Source of the DNA: Vicugna vicugna
Lineage: Eukaryota
Assembly: GCA_013265495.1 (NCBI GenBank)
Contig: MU061579.1
Location: 1,609,319 to 1,673,318, forward strand
Reading direction: 5' to 3'
Length of the DNA stretch: 64,000 bases
Shown here: piece by piece, positions 12,590 to 25,162 of the stretch
Numbering within the stretch: the stretch's first letter is position 1
Layout: the number at the start of each line of letters is the position of its first letter
Made by a program: the position numbers and the translations under genes
The notes under the pieces: model-generated
Database searches by the model: none
What the model was told of the DNA's origin: nothing
What the model saw: the letters and a program-made list of their open reading frames with translations, nothing else

Positions 12590-14790
12590 TTTCCATAAAT
12601 TTTTAGAATTCTCTTAGTAATAATCCTCAAAACATTCTAGGATTTTACTAAACTAATAATAATTTAATAAAACAGTTTAGCAGAAATTTATATCTTTAAA
12701 ATAGTGAGTCTCAGAATTAATGAACATATTATATCTTTTCATTTATTGAGGTCTTTAATTTTTCTCAATAATAATTTACAGGTTCCTCTATAAAGATTTT
12801 GCACTTTTGTCATATTTATCCATGGGCATTTGATGTTTTTACTGCTATTATAATAGTAATATATAAAATTTCCTTTTCTAATGATCTCTTGGCTTGTATA
12901 TCAAATTTTATTTTTGTTTTTGATTTTATTGCATCTAATAATGTTACTTAGATCCCTTGAAGGTACTAGATATGTCATGCTGGAAATTACTTGATTTTGC
13001 CTGTAATAGCAGTTTTAATGTTTTATGTTTCCAATTTTCACTTTTAAAATTTATCTTTTTTTTATTTCACCCACCCTCTATGACTTAGAGGAGAACATTA
13101 AATAAAGTAGTGAGACAGTCGTCCCTTCGCATAGCTTGATCTCAGTGGAAAAGCTGTCAATAGTTTGTCGTTAGATATAAAGGCTGCTGTCATTTATTAT
13201 AAATTTTCTTTATCAAATTGTTAACTTATCTACCTATTTTACTAAACATTTCTATAAAAATGGATTTTGAATTTTATCATGTGCTTTTACTATATCTACT
13301 GAGATAATGATAATACTTTTCTTATTTTATTAATGTGGTGAATCACACTGATTTTCATAGAGCAAACCAACTTCGCATGCTTTTAAGAAATTCACAATTA
13401 TTATCTTTTTTATACATTGCTTTAACTTTCTATGATTTTGTTTATTGTTTTGCATCCATGTTTAGGGAAAGAGTTACCCTGTGATCTTGTTTTCATTTAG
13501 TGTGATTATCAAAGACACACCCCCTAACAAAATATGTAGGGAAGAATTTCTAATTTTTGCTCTGTAACATTTTTGTACAATATTTGCTCTTCTTCAAGTA
13601 TTTGTGAACGAAATTACTAGTGATGCTACATGGATCTGCATTTTCCTTTGTAAAAAAATTAATCAGATATACCGTTTTGTAAGTTATATTACTACTGTTT
13701 TCAACCTACTCTCAAATTTCTGTAAAGTATATTTTATAGAAGTTTTTCCACTCAATCTAAATTATCAAATGTGATAATGAATGTTTTCTTACTGTTTTAT
13801 TTTTTAATGTGTTTGAGGTCGATAGCAATGCACATTTTATTCTTGACATTGGTACTTTGTGCCTTGTCACCTTTTGTTTTCGAGCTTTCTAAGTGATTAG
13901 CAATTGTGCTAGGTTAGCCCATAGGGACACATGGTGCTTTGCTGGTTGCCTGCAGTGTGTCTGCTCTCTGTCTCACTGACTGCTGCATGATGTGCTCTTT
14001 TTTCTTTGGTTTAATTTTTCTGTTCTTTCTGAGCTGGGTCTTCAGGTAATTGATTTTCTGTCATTTTCTCTTTGAACTTATATATTTGAGGCTAATCATC
14101 TGTTAGTATGTCCTATTTTCATAATAATTAAGTCATAACTAGCATAACATATGGCTTATTTAGAGTTATATTGCTTCATTTCTAAATGAATTTAATTTAA
14201 AAGCATTTTTAAATTTATGTTTTTTGCTAATCCCACTATGACCAAAAGACATACTTTGAATGATTTTTAATCCCTTTAAATTTGCTAAATATGTGCTTTT
14301 TAAATTGGCAATTTTGGTAAATATTTCATATTCTCTCTTTGTAAGGTGAAGTTTTTCCTTCAGATAATTTTGTTAATTGTTCGATATATAGACCTTCACT
14401 TTTTTTTAATATCCTGAAAGATGTACGTTAATGTCTCCTTATTATAATGGTAGATTTTCAATTACTTATTTTCAGTATTTGCTTGTCATATTTTCTAAGT
14501 TATTTGGTACATACAAATTTATAATTGTTACAGTTAGCTTAAGCATTTCACTATTTAAAAATACATTACTTCCTCTACTATTATTTGGGCCTTAAAGTTT
14601 ACATCACATGATATTAGTATAACTACACAGCTCTCTGGGAACAACCCCTGACTTACTTAAAGCATCCTTGCTTTTTGGCAATAGCACCATTCTGGATTTT
14701 TCTTGCTCTAAGGTATAGATTGAACTACTTTCCTAAAATCTGTTTTCCTTCATAAGGGAGTACTCTTAGACACACATCTGGTCTTGGGGT
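12590..14790 (-). mobile_element. Ancient L1M (L1ME-like), highly decayed; possibly several pieces
   Basis: T-rich antisense ORF2 hallmarks: 'ttgatctcagtggaaaagctgtcaa', 'tggattttgaattttatcatgtgc', 'tctactgagataatgata', 'tgcatccatgtt'. Confidence 0.7.
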
Positions 14791-17647
14791 ATTCAAAGAT
14801 CTTGCCATTGTAATTGAACTGGGGTAGGGGGGTGGGAGTGGTGGAGATTGTTTGGAATCTTTTGAAAAGTCATAGAAATAAATAATAGTTTTTCTTATTT
14901 AACTTAATAATTTTACTTTTCCAATATGAGATTCCATCTATTACCAAGACTTTACAATAGGAATGCTTCCTATTGGTTTCTCAAAAAAATACGAATTAAT
15001 CAAGTCCAATGGCTCTTTTTAAAATGTTTTCTTTCTTTAACTTAAATTCTTTACATGACACTGTTAATCAGCAATGCTGAAAAAAAAACAAGACAAAATT
15101 TTATTTGATTCAGTGACATTCCATTATACCTATTTGCACAATTTTCTCCTTATATCTCTGATCTTTCCATTCTTTGAGTCACTTGTACTGGGTGTTTTTG
15201 TTTGTTTGTTTATGACTTGACCTCATCTTCCTTTTCTTCTCAATCTCCATCCTTTCTCTTCTAATTGATTTCTGTAGTTTGAACTCTTTTCTCCATATAA
15301 ATTATTTCCAACTCATACATCTCTGTCTTGACTTCACATGAGCTACTTCCCTACTTTAAATTAATATTCAGACAATTTTGCATAGAAGCATATTCTAGGA
15401 AACCTCTAGCCAGTTTCCCTTTCATAGACCTAAAGACCTTTGTTTAAAATTTATTATATATTTAAAGTTTTCTCTCTAGGGGATATGCATATAGATTGCA
15501 CCTATTATTTATTATTCCATTATAATATCCTTGAAGAACTAGACACACCTTTCTCAGAAATATAAATTCACATTAATAGAACAAGTGGAATATACAAGGC
15601 TTCTAGAGAAAGATTTTCTAGTATGAAAGGGAATTTGAAAAAATACATCAGAATGCTTGTTAAAGCTGCCACCACAAAACAGAGAAGTTCTACTAACAGC
15701 TTCCTTCCTTGAATGAGGTCATGAGCTTATGATCGGAGGTTCTCAGCCAATTATGTCTGTCCCGGAAAAGTATATAAAAATTCCAGAACTCTCTCTTCGA
15801 TGCACACTGGGGTTTGCAGACAAAAACATTTATGTCTATCTTTGAAATATATGTCAGGCTCAGAATTGCTCAGATGTAAGAAAAAACAACACCAGAATAT
15901 ATGAGCAGATGTAATCTCTTAATGTCGTGGAATTTCAACCACATTCACATTGTTTATCCTATTCAAACTAAAATTTCACTAATTTTAGAGCCAGAAATAA
16001 CCCCTAACTTCAGGGGTTCTCCACTGTGGGTCTCCAAATTTGTTCCTCTTCTCCTTTCCTAATCACTGTCCATCATTCCTCAGTGATTATAGTGTCACAT
16101 ATTTAAACACTCTCATGTACAATGTATTAAGCTTTTTTTCTTAATAATATATTGACAGTCATCAAACAATTTTTTCAAACCAAAAAACATAGACCAGATG
16201 GGGTAGAATAGTACAAGGTTATGAAACAATGATTGTGTCTAGTAGGAGAGAAAAAGAAAGGCCAGATGTGAAATGAGGAAGTACAGAAAAGCTTTATATT
16301 TGGTGTGGTCTGGCCTAAATGGTAATCTCCTGTTAAATTTTCCATGGAGGTGATATTCAACCAGTCATCCAACATCAATTATTTACCAAATACTTACTCT
16401 ACAACTGTGATCCTCAAAGTTGTGATATAAAAAGTACAGGTATACAAAGTTGAATTTTAAAAAAGATTTCTACCTTAAAAAGTACTTACTCTGACTGAAG
16501 CAGAGGGTATCACTCCATCTCTTGTCCTATGATTTTAACTTGTGTTCTTTCAATTTTACTCTATAATTTTCATTGAATTGCTCTCCCCTACTGGTCTGAA
16601 TTAATGCAAGAACAGATGTGTTAAAATAAACACAGATCTTATCACAAACAATATTATCATTAGAGTTAAACAAAGCATTGTGAGAATTCAGCAAAATTCT
16701 ACTAGATGGTTATGAGGTACTTGATTTGGAAATATGAACCAGAGCTCAGAAGAGAAAGAATATACAATTGAGGGATTTATAATATTATATATGAAAGTGA
16801 AGGGATACAAATATCTTAGGTTTCCTATCTAGGAAGAAGATTTTACATGTATTTTCATTGCCTCATCATTTTATTGCCTTTGTTAACAAGGACTATCCTA
16901 TTTTTTTTTCCAAATAGTGTTTTTTCCTCTTAAATAGGTGTCCTTAAATGTAGTGAAGTAGAATGGAAAAATTCATCTGTAGCGCTTCATCCAGTGACAC
17001 TGATAGCGTTTGAAGACCTTTGCTCCCTTACGTATAGCTTAGAGCGTACATCTAACTTAAGGTGGTGGATTGATGATCTCTGCCTTGATGAGGTTAATGT
17101 CAAGCCATTCTATTCAGTTTAGTCATAGACTTTTTCAGCATTAATTGCATGCTCTTCAGCATTTTTGCTGCAGAACATATAGTTTTGAGGTGCTTGTCTC
17201 TTTAAGATGTTTATTTTTCTTTCTCTATGTCTGATTTTTAAGTGTAAGCTTAGACTGATCAGGAAAAGAGGAAATCTGACTTTGTGGTAGAATTTATGTT
17301 CTTTTTATTGATATCATCAATCATAGTGAAGGAGAACATGTCTGAACATTTATCTTGAGGCTTGTGAACCTGAAGAATGACATGAAACCCGGCAGCATCC
17401 ATAGCAGGTGATGGGAACAACTCTGTTGGCAGAAAAATCCAGCATTACTTTAAGCACCTACATATTTCTAGGGAATACATAGGAAAATATAGAGTCTGAT
17501 ACACAGTCTTCAACCCATGTGTAAAGAACAGGAGATAAAAAATCAGAGATGATGCCTTTATGATACCAAAATGCATAAGAATAAATTAATTATTTCCCTG
17601 AATCAAGTAGTTTAGTAGAAGTCTTACGTGTCAATATTAGCCTTACT

Positions 17648-17685
17648 TACACACCCACACACACACACCTACACACACACACACA
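17648..17685. repeat. (CA)n microsatellite, imperfect
   Basis: Seen directly. Confidence 0.9.
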
Positions 17686-18724
17686 AGGACCCTGTCACCA
17701 TTTTCTCTCTTTGGTTAAGTTTTACCAGCCAATTTTGCCAACTTCTGATATGTTTTTTAGGGGGAAGGTGGGAGGGGGGCAGTGAGGAGAGAGAAAATGC
17801 TTGAAATATCAATTTAACTGAAAATTTTAAACAGTTGTCCTATAGAACCTGTTCATTTTTCAGCATTATCATGGCCTTTTAGAATATGCTGGTGTGGCAA
17901 CAGTTTCTTAACTTTATATTTCCACCCTTATGCGGTGGAAAGGATGGTCTAGAATGAGAAGGAAATTATAATGGATTACTGTCTTAAATATTTCTAATGA
18001 TTTCAACAACCTATTGAGAGGAAAGTTTTCCAAGATGATTTATAGACCACTCCAATGTAAAGTTTAGAATGATTTCAAACTAGAAACTGCAGAATCCTGT
18101 AATCCAATGCACTTCTCAGTCCTATACCCTGATATTGAAGGCTAATGACTTAAACACAATGTGCCAATACTGTTCATAGCAGCATGAAGTAATTTGTCAA
18201 CTGCTTAATGAATTGTTAGTGAAATTCTGGTAGACTCCATTCTTCAAATATGAACTTTAATCCCTTGAATGGGAGCCCTGCAGAAGCAAAGTAGATACTA
18301 CAGCTTTTAGGGTAAAGAAGTTATTAGAAATATTTCCAGAACTTGGATATGAAAGTAAATACCAGTGGTTATGAACTGGAGAAAATTCAGGTGACCTGGG
18401 CTTGAAAATGCAGGCTAAACAGGGTATTGGGGAAACACACGCAAGCCGGGCTGGGGAAGCATGTCTCCTAAGAGAACAAAAGTTGGGAAGGAAAGCTATC
18501 ACTCTGCACACTGCTTTTGCCTTGAGCCCTGTGAAAACATAGTTAAGATTTTTGGTAGGGGGATACCAATCATTCAAAATTAGTAGAAATGGGGGTGGGA
18601 GAAATGGCACCAAATTTTGACACAAGAACTAATCTTGTGAAGATGATTGTAGTTGCAGTGGAAGGAAACTATAAGGATTTAAAATCAAGTTTACAGCTTT
18701 AGAGCTTCATACAAACTAGGCAGC

Positions 18725-18895
18725 AATAAAACTAGCATTTACTCTAACTTGTCTACATGCCTGGAACCAGTCTAAGAATTTCACATGGATAATGTAATCT
18801 TCACAAGCATCCTAAATGTTATATATATTATTTTCCTTTTAGAGATGAAGAAATAAGTCAGGTAATATGCCCAAGTTTCTTAGCTACTTATATGT
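18725..18895 (-). mobile_element. MIR SINE
   Basis: 'taatcttcacaagcatcct...ttttagagatgaagaaa...taatatgcccaagtttcttagcta'. Confidence 0.7.
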
Positions 18896-19086
18896 GGGCT
18901 TCTGTCTTCACAGCTGGGTAAGCAGTAAGGGCTCCAGGAATTGCATAATTCAGCATTATGGTACACTCCATTCTAATGCCAGAAAAGATTTTTGGTAGAT
19001 TAAACTATGAAAAACTGGAGGAAAGTGGTGATGAACAAATGAGTGACAACTGCATTGATGTATAAACTCTGTTTTGATTTATTCTT

Positions 19087-19233
19087 TTTAATTGAAGTAT
19101 AATCAGTTACAATGTGTCAATTTCTGGTGTACAGCATAATGTCCCAGTCATGTGTGTGTGTATATATATATATATTCATTTTCATAATGCTTTCCCTTAA
19201 AAATTATTACAAGATATTGAATATATTTGCTAG
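19087..19233 (-). mobile_element. Short camelid-type L1 3' end with a 17-bp TSD
   Basis: 'aattgaagtataatcagttacaatgtgtcaatttctggtgtacagca'. TSD tgttttgatttattctt (19070-19086) / tgttttgctttattctt (19234-19250). Confidence 0.92.
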
Positions 19234-20019
19234 TGTTTTGCTTTATTCTTGACATTGAACCAGGTAGATACAGATCATAATCTGTCTAACACTGAAAATA
19301 ATTCCTGTTTTAATATTCAAGAATTTTAAACATTAAAAAAATCTATAATTGAGTGGGGAAGACTGCAGTGATCATATTGTCTCTTTTCAGATAAAGCTTT
19401 CTTTTTGTTTTAAGACTCCCAATAGCTGTAGCCACCACAGCTTACCTAAACGAAGTAGAAGAATTAAGCATCTAGAGAATAAGCTTTATAAATTTATTTA
19501 AATTATTGGTAATTTCACACATGTAATTTTTTTTAGTCTGGCATGCAGGAAATTAATGATTATTTAAGTATTGTGAAAAAAAATTGACATTATTTTATCT
19601 AATTTTTGAGAAGTGTATAAAGTGGATGAAATAAAAATAGCTTGACTGCTTAGTTAAAATAAACATATAATATATGCAAGATAAGGATCTGAACATGATT
19701 CAATTATATCATATTCTTAACATATAAAACAAAAAATATTCCTTAGGTTGCATTATTTAAGTAGCTTAACAGCTACTCTGTGGAGGACAAGTGGATGTAA
19801 TACTGATCTGCTAGGTTATAATTATGCAAACTGATCATGAGTTGGTTTTCAAATTTACAGAGTCAATGATAACAAGAAATAACTTGCCTGATATATCAAA
19901 TCTAGAATTCAACAAATTTTGACTGAAAATTTGACCAGTATAGCTAAAGATAAAGACGTAGATTTGGAAACATATCTTAAGAGATGATATTACTTAAAAA
20001 CTAAGAACCATCAGAAAAT

Positions 20020-20210
20020 GTTCAGAAGCATAGAATCAGAAATCAATGAGACATGGTTTTACTCAAATTCCAACTTTTTGTACTATGGAAATATAGGCGT
20101 GTCATTTCAACTTGCAAAATTTCAATTTCTTCATTTGTATAATAGAATGACAATAAAAATCCTTACTTCATAAGGTTGTTTTGAGAAGTATGTATAATAA
20201 TTCATGCAGT
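20020..20210 (+). mobile_element. MIR SINE
   Basis: 'tcaatttcttcatttgtataatagaatgacaataa...cttacttcataaggttgttttgagaa'. Confidence 0.7.
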
Positions 20211-20689
20211 ATTAGACTTCCTAAATTCTGAAGTTGGAGAACTGATGATGTTTTATGGTTATGACTGAAATAGCCCTCTAATAATAAAGGCAGAGGGGTT
20301 TAATAAGAAGCCCAGAGAGTCATAATATAAACAAACTATTTTCTCAGCCAAAGTCTAGAATTCTGATGGAAATCTTTGTTTTCTGATATTTAGCCTATTT
20401 TAATTCAAACTACTGAGAAAATTAAATTTTTTATTTTCATTATTTACCCTTTTTTGTAAATAATCAAATTATATTATGCTATAGATAATTTTTATAAGTT
20501 CAGAATAATAGATACAAAGCATGAGGGAATAATTCAGTGCAACAGAAAGAAGTCTTTTGTTGTCTAAATACACAGGTTCTATGAATTAAAGGGTCCATTG
20601 AAAGTCAACTTCCATCCAAGCATAAAATTTCTTCTTCAGTATACCTACATTTGATCATCCACAGCCATTATTTCAATTTTTCCCTCACC

Positions 20690-20835
20690 AAAATATAAAC
20701 TCTTCACGGACAGTGATTCTCACAGGGTTGGTTGGTTGGTTGGTTTTTTGTTTGTTTTGTGCTTGCTGTATCTTTGGTACCCAGGGCAGTGTTTAACACA
20801 TGGAAGGTGCTCAAAAACTATTTGGTGACTAATCA
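20690..20835 (+). mobile_element. L2 3' end
   Basis: 'tataaactcttcacggacag...gctgtatctttggtacccagggcagtgtttaacacatggaaggtgctcaaaaa'. Confidence 0.7.
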
Positions 20836-22514
20836 GTAATAGAGTAACCATCTCTTCTGCTTTAATATTCTTCCTGGCTTTAGTTCTGCTCTGTAAAGCG
20901 ACACAGAGCGAATTTCTGATTTGTCTCTTACCAAAGTTTTGTGTAGTTGAGATTAGCCAAAAAGCAGTCCTCTGAGTCTTGTGTATTTTCTCTCTAGTGC
21001 ATTTGCAAGCCTTCCAAGATCCTTTCCAGATTTCTTAAATGGTATGGATGCAAGATCTCTCACCAAGCTGGGGATCTTTTAATAAGTTGTCTGGTTTTCC
21101 AATGTGTTTCAATGTGTGAAGTAACTGTCTGACACATGGCAAGTACAGCAAATGGAAAAAAAAGGAAAAAAAAAAAAAACCTTCCTCCCATTTCCACTCA
21201 CGTACACGGATGCAGCCTGCAATAATTCTAGCTATTAAATATTTGTGGCCACTTGGCACACTTTGATATCTATATTAATAAAAACTACAAAGTTTATTTA
21301 CACAGATGACTGCCAACTATACAATAAAAGCATTTAGATCATAAATATGCAATGGTTTAATTAAGATAGGAAAGATGGAGAATAATTTAGGCATTTCCTT
21401 CTGGGCTGAGGACACAGGAAAGCTTTGAATAGTTTTGAATTTGGAACAATTTTGCTGAAGACATGGAAATCTAGTATTTTTCTCAATGAGGTATAGAGAA
21501 AAAAGTGGTTAATCATAGACAGTCGACTTTGCATTTCATCTTTATTTTATTATTTTTGCAATGATTTATTTGAAGCTTTGTAAAACAGAAAAGTCTTATT
21601 TTCATACCTGCTACAAAGTGTATTTTCCCCTAACCTCTGAATGAACCATTTTTGTTGCAATCCTGACAGCAACTTAATGGCACAGCTCTTATAATGCATC
21701 AAAGTTGACCCTATCTGGGGAGCTTTCATTTCCAAAGGACTGGAGTCACCTTGACAGTACAGTAACTCTATTTTTATTCCCTGCTGGCATAGCAAATAAA
21801 CACAATGAAATTAGTCTACTTTGTTAGCTTCAGCAAATTGCTTCTTCCCTTCCTTCCCAATCTCCTTCTGGTTCAACCCATTTTGAAACTTTTACTGTCA
21901 GGCTTGACAATCTTGTGACATTTTACAGTGTAAGTTGCAGTCTTTAACCAAACTGAAAAGGAAACCAAAAACTTATATATTTTAAAGATGAAATTTTAAT
22001 AAAAAACAATAATCTGAATGTAAATAGTTCATTTGTTTAAATCTTTAACACACAGCTTTATTTCCAAACAAAAGACATAACTTTTTTAAATGGTGAGGCA
22101 TTTCCTTTGGAGAGTAGAAAACAGTAAAATGTATGTTTCACAGATTATTTTGATGGGATATTGGAATAGAGCTAGATATTTGACCTTGGAGAGGTTCTTA
22201 GAGGTTGCAGATGGAATAAATTCATAATGGAATAACAAGTATTTATTTTGAAGATACACTGTTTACTATTACATCACAATTTAAGAGATGTCATTTTGAT
22301 TTTTTGGAATATTACAAAGAGCAATGAAGGAGGAAACCATTCTATTGAAACAAATATGTAAATTAAATTATATGTAAATTAAAATATACATTTGTTAAGT
22401 TTTGAAAATGAGCATTTTCAAACAGACTATCTTCGGAATCCTGTAGATGCATTATAAAAGAAAACTAATATTTATTTAATAATTCCAATGAGAATCACTG
22501 AGATAAAAGACTAC

Positions 22515-22800
22515 ATTCTATCTCATTTAATCTTCAGAAAGCAATTCATTGTATAGTAATATGTATATTTTTCAGGCAAAAATGCTGAAGTACAAAAAAA
22601 TTGAAGTGTAGCAAGGTCCATGACACATGATATACACCCTGAATTATAATAAAATTAACAAAACAATAGCAACCATAACAAACACAAATAACAATAGTGA
22701 TAGAAACAGTAACTAACATTTACTACATGCAAGTATCTGGTTAATTATTTTTGACACATTCTCTCAGTTAGTCCTTGCAACATTTTTCTAGATGAGAATA
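22515..22800 (-). mobile_element. MIR fragments
   Basis: 'tctcatttaatcttcagaa' and 'taactaacatttactacatgc...tagatgagaa'. Confidence 0.5.
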
Positions 22801-22954
22801 CCCAGTAGTAGAATCTAAGCTGATTATCTGTGTGCATAAAATGTACTAAGGAAAGGAGTGCTTCCAGTTGACTGATGGGAGTTATAGGTAGAAAGTGGGA
22901 CAAGAAAGATCAAGAGACCAAGCAAATGTTCCATCTAAGACAAAGTCAATCAGA

Positions 22955-23312
22955 ACCTGCAGTTGTAAAGAAGGGGATGGTGGTGTGGAAGCTGATGTTT
23001 CTCCAGGTAGACAGTGTTAGAATCTAATTGAACAGACAAATAAGAGGTTTATACTGTATAGCACAGGAAACTATATTCAATATCTTGTTGTAACATATGG
23101 TGAAAAAGAATATGCAAACGACTATCTGTATGTTCATGTATGAGTGAAGCACTGTGCTGTACACTAGAAATTGACACAATATTGTAAACTGACTATACTT
23201 CAATAAAATATTTTTTTTAAAAATGAATTGAACTGTAGGATATCCAGCTGGTGTCCTAAGAAAAATGCCTGTTGATGTGGGGAACTCCCTCCAACAATGG
23301 AATTGGTACCAA
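22955..23312 (+). mobile_element. MER21-like LTR fragment split by an L1 insertion
   Basis: 'ctccaggtagacagtgttagaat' continues after the L1 as 'gaattgaactgtaggatatccagctggtgtcc...tgtggggaactcc'. Confidence 0.7.
23034..23223 (+). mobile_element. Short camelid-type L1 3' end
   Basis: 'ctgtatagcacaggaaactatattcaatatcttg...aaattgacacaatattgtaaactgactatacttcaataaaa'. TSD core aattgaac at 23026-23033 and 23226-23233. Confidence 0.92.
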
Positions 23313-23552
23313 ACCCTAGGTAGGCTTGCTCAACATTGCACGCTGGATTTATGCAAAATTACAAGATGGAGTGAAGTAGAAAATGAAAACAAGGGAAAAG
23401 GAAGTCACATATTTAAAGGAAGCCTGTGGAGAACTGCAGCCAACTGCAAGAGGCTTTCATGTGTAAGTCGATGTGACTCAGAGAGACGGTCTCCAACATA
23501 GGTGGACACTCCTTCTAGAAGAGCACATCAGTGTCGTCTGGTAAGCAGCCAG

Positions 23553-23578
23553 ATGTGTGCGTGTGTGTGTGTGTGTGT
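23553..23578. repeat. (TG)n microsatellite
   Basis: Seen directly. Confidence 0.9.
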
Positions 23579-23879
23579 TAAACATGTGTGTGCTGTTATA
23601 AATAGAGGCTTAGTGTTCTTGTTTTAGAAAATGACATTTAAAGCAGGTTAGTAGATAAGTTGTGCAATTTGAGCTCAGTTTTGCTGTGCAAAGAAATATG
23701 TAAGGGCAAGTCTTACAGAAAAATGGAAAAGAGAAGGCGGACAGATGGATTATAAAGTAAAACAGACCCTGATTGAGCCAGTAGTAGGTCCAGGCTCTGT
23801 ATAAATTTAAATTTGGAGCATAAAAGGCAATCCCTTTCTCTAAAGTTCCCTTTGTCCTGGAGGAAATCCAAGGGGACTA

Positions 23880-24222
23880 TATCATTCTAGAACTTCAAAT
23901 TTCAGGCATTAAGGAAGCCCCTAGTAGCTTTTATTTTTGTGTACTGGAGGAGGTGAGCTACCAGCTAAGAAGTCTGGCCAAACTGAGATTTCCACACTGG
24001 GAGGAAGATAACACTAGTTACGAAGAGAGACTATGGGGAGAGAGAGAGAGTCAAAAGCCCATCCAGACCCCCGTGTTTCAGCCGACCCAGCTAGGACTGC
24101 GACATGTCCAGGAAGAAGCCACCTTGCAAGTTGTAGTTCCAGGAGATGCCATTTGGAGCTGAGACAATCTTTCTCCCTTGAGCTCCATCCTAGTTGAAGA
24201 TTTATGCAGCAGTAGATAATCA
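23880..24222 (+). mobile_element. MaLR LTR (MLT1, H/G-like)
   Basis: 'gctaagaagtctggccaaactgaga...gacatgtccaggaagaagccacctt...ttatgcagcagtagataa'. Confidence 0.7.
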
Positions 24223-24789
24223 AAGCAGCTCTATTCTGTGTATGTTTTTTTTTTCCTTCAGTACTATTTGCACACAAAGAACAAGCATCCTGTTCTTCTT
24301 TTTCAAGAGGAGTGGCTGACTCTGTTGACTGGGGTGGCCGGGAATATCCGTCATGTTCTGGCACTGCCCTGAAGGGTAGATTCTCGCAATGACTGCTGGA
24401 ATGCATTTAGCAAGCCCACTTCTTTCCATTAGGCTTCTTCCTCTAGTTAGCCCTTAACAGGAATAGAGATGATATTTTGCCCTCCACTTGTGATTTTTCA
24501 TTTTCTCCCCTTATTTCTTCATAGTGTAGAGTTTGAGTTAGGAAGAAATGTGTTAATTATTGGCCTATTTCACTCCCATCCCCATATTTAGGAACACATG
24601 ACTTGTCACCTTGCTTCTTTGTCCTCTCTCCCCTATCTTAAAATAAGAGGCCATTGTCATTCAAATTCCAAAGTTCTGTGAAGCCTTTCACTGAATTAAA
24701 TCACTGAAGAAAAATATTCCATATTAAATGCATATACTTTTAAGCAAAATTATGCATTTCTGGGAATAAGGGTGCAAACTAAATTAGCT

Positions 24790-25162
24790 TGTAAAAGCCT
24801 GCTGAGATGGCCATAACAAAATTCCACAGTCCAGTGGCTTAAACAACAGAAATTTATTTTCTCGCAACTTGTTGGCTGGAAGTCCAAGATCAAGGCATAA
24901 GGAAGCTTGGTTTCTCCTGAGACTGCTCTCCTTGGCCTGCAGACAAGCATCTTCTCACTGTTCTTTTCTCTGTATACGCCCATCCTTGAGGTCTCTTCCT
25001 CTTCTTATAGAGACACTATGCACATTGGATTACGGCTCCACCTTAACAGTCTCTTTTTAACTTTATCACACCTATAAATAATTTAGCTCCACATATGGTT
25101 ATATGCACGAGTTAGGAGCTCAATATACAAATTGCCAGGGGGACACCATTCAGTCCATAACA
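24790..25162 (-). mobile_element. MaLR solo LTR (MLT1B-like), near full length
   Basis: TG...CA ends; 'ccataacaaaattccacagtccagtggcttaaacaacagaaatttatt...ggctggaagtccaagatcaagg...ggacaccattcagtccataaca'. Confidence 0.88.

Noticed and set aside
14821..14845. G-quadruplex candidates (also ~17760 and ~58336)
   Set aside because: None has four separate G3+ runs with loops.
16495..16620. Possible LTR 5' fragment
   Set aside because: The similarity is too short and decayed to call without a profile search.
18257..18625. 122-aa minus-strand ORF
   Set aside because: Non-ATG start, no recognisable homology, and a composition typical of chance ORFs.
24014..24429. 130-aa and 69-aa minus-strand ORFs
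   Set aside because: The longer ORF runs into an MLT1 LTR; neither has a recognisable domain or convincing splice sites.
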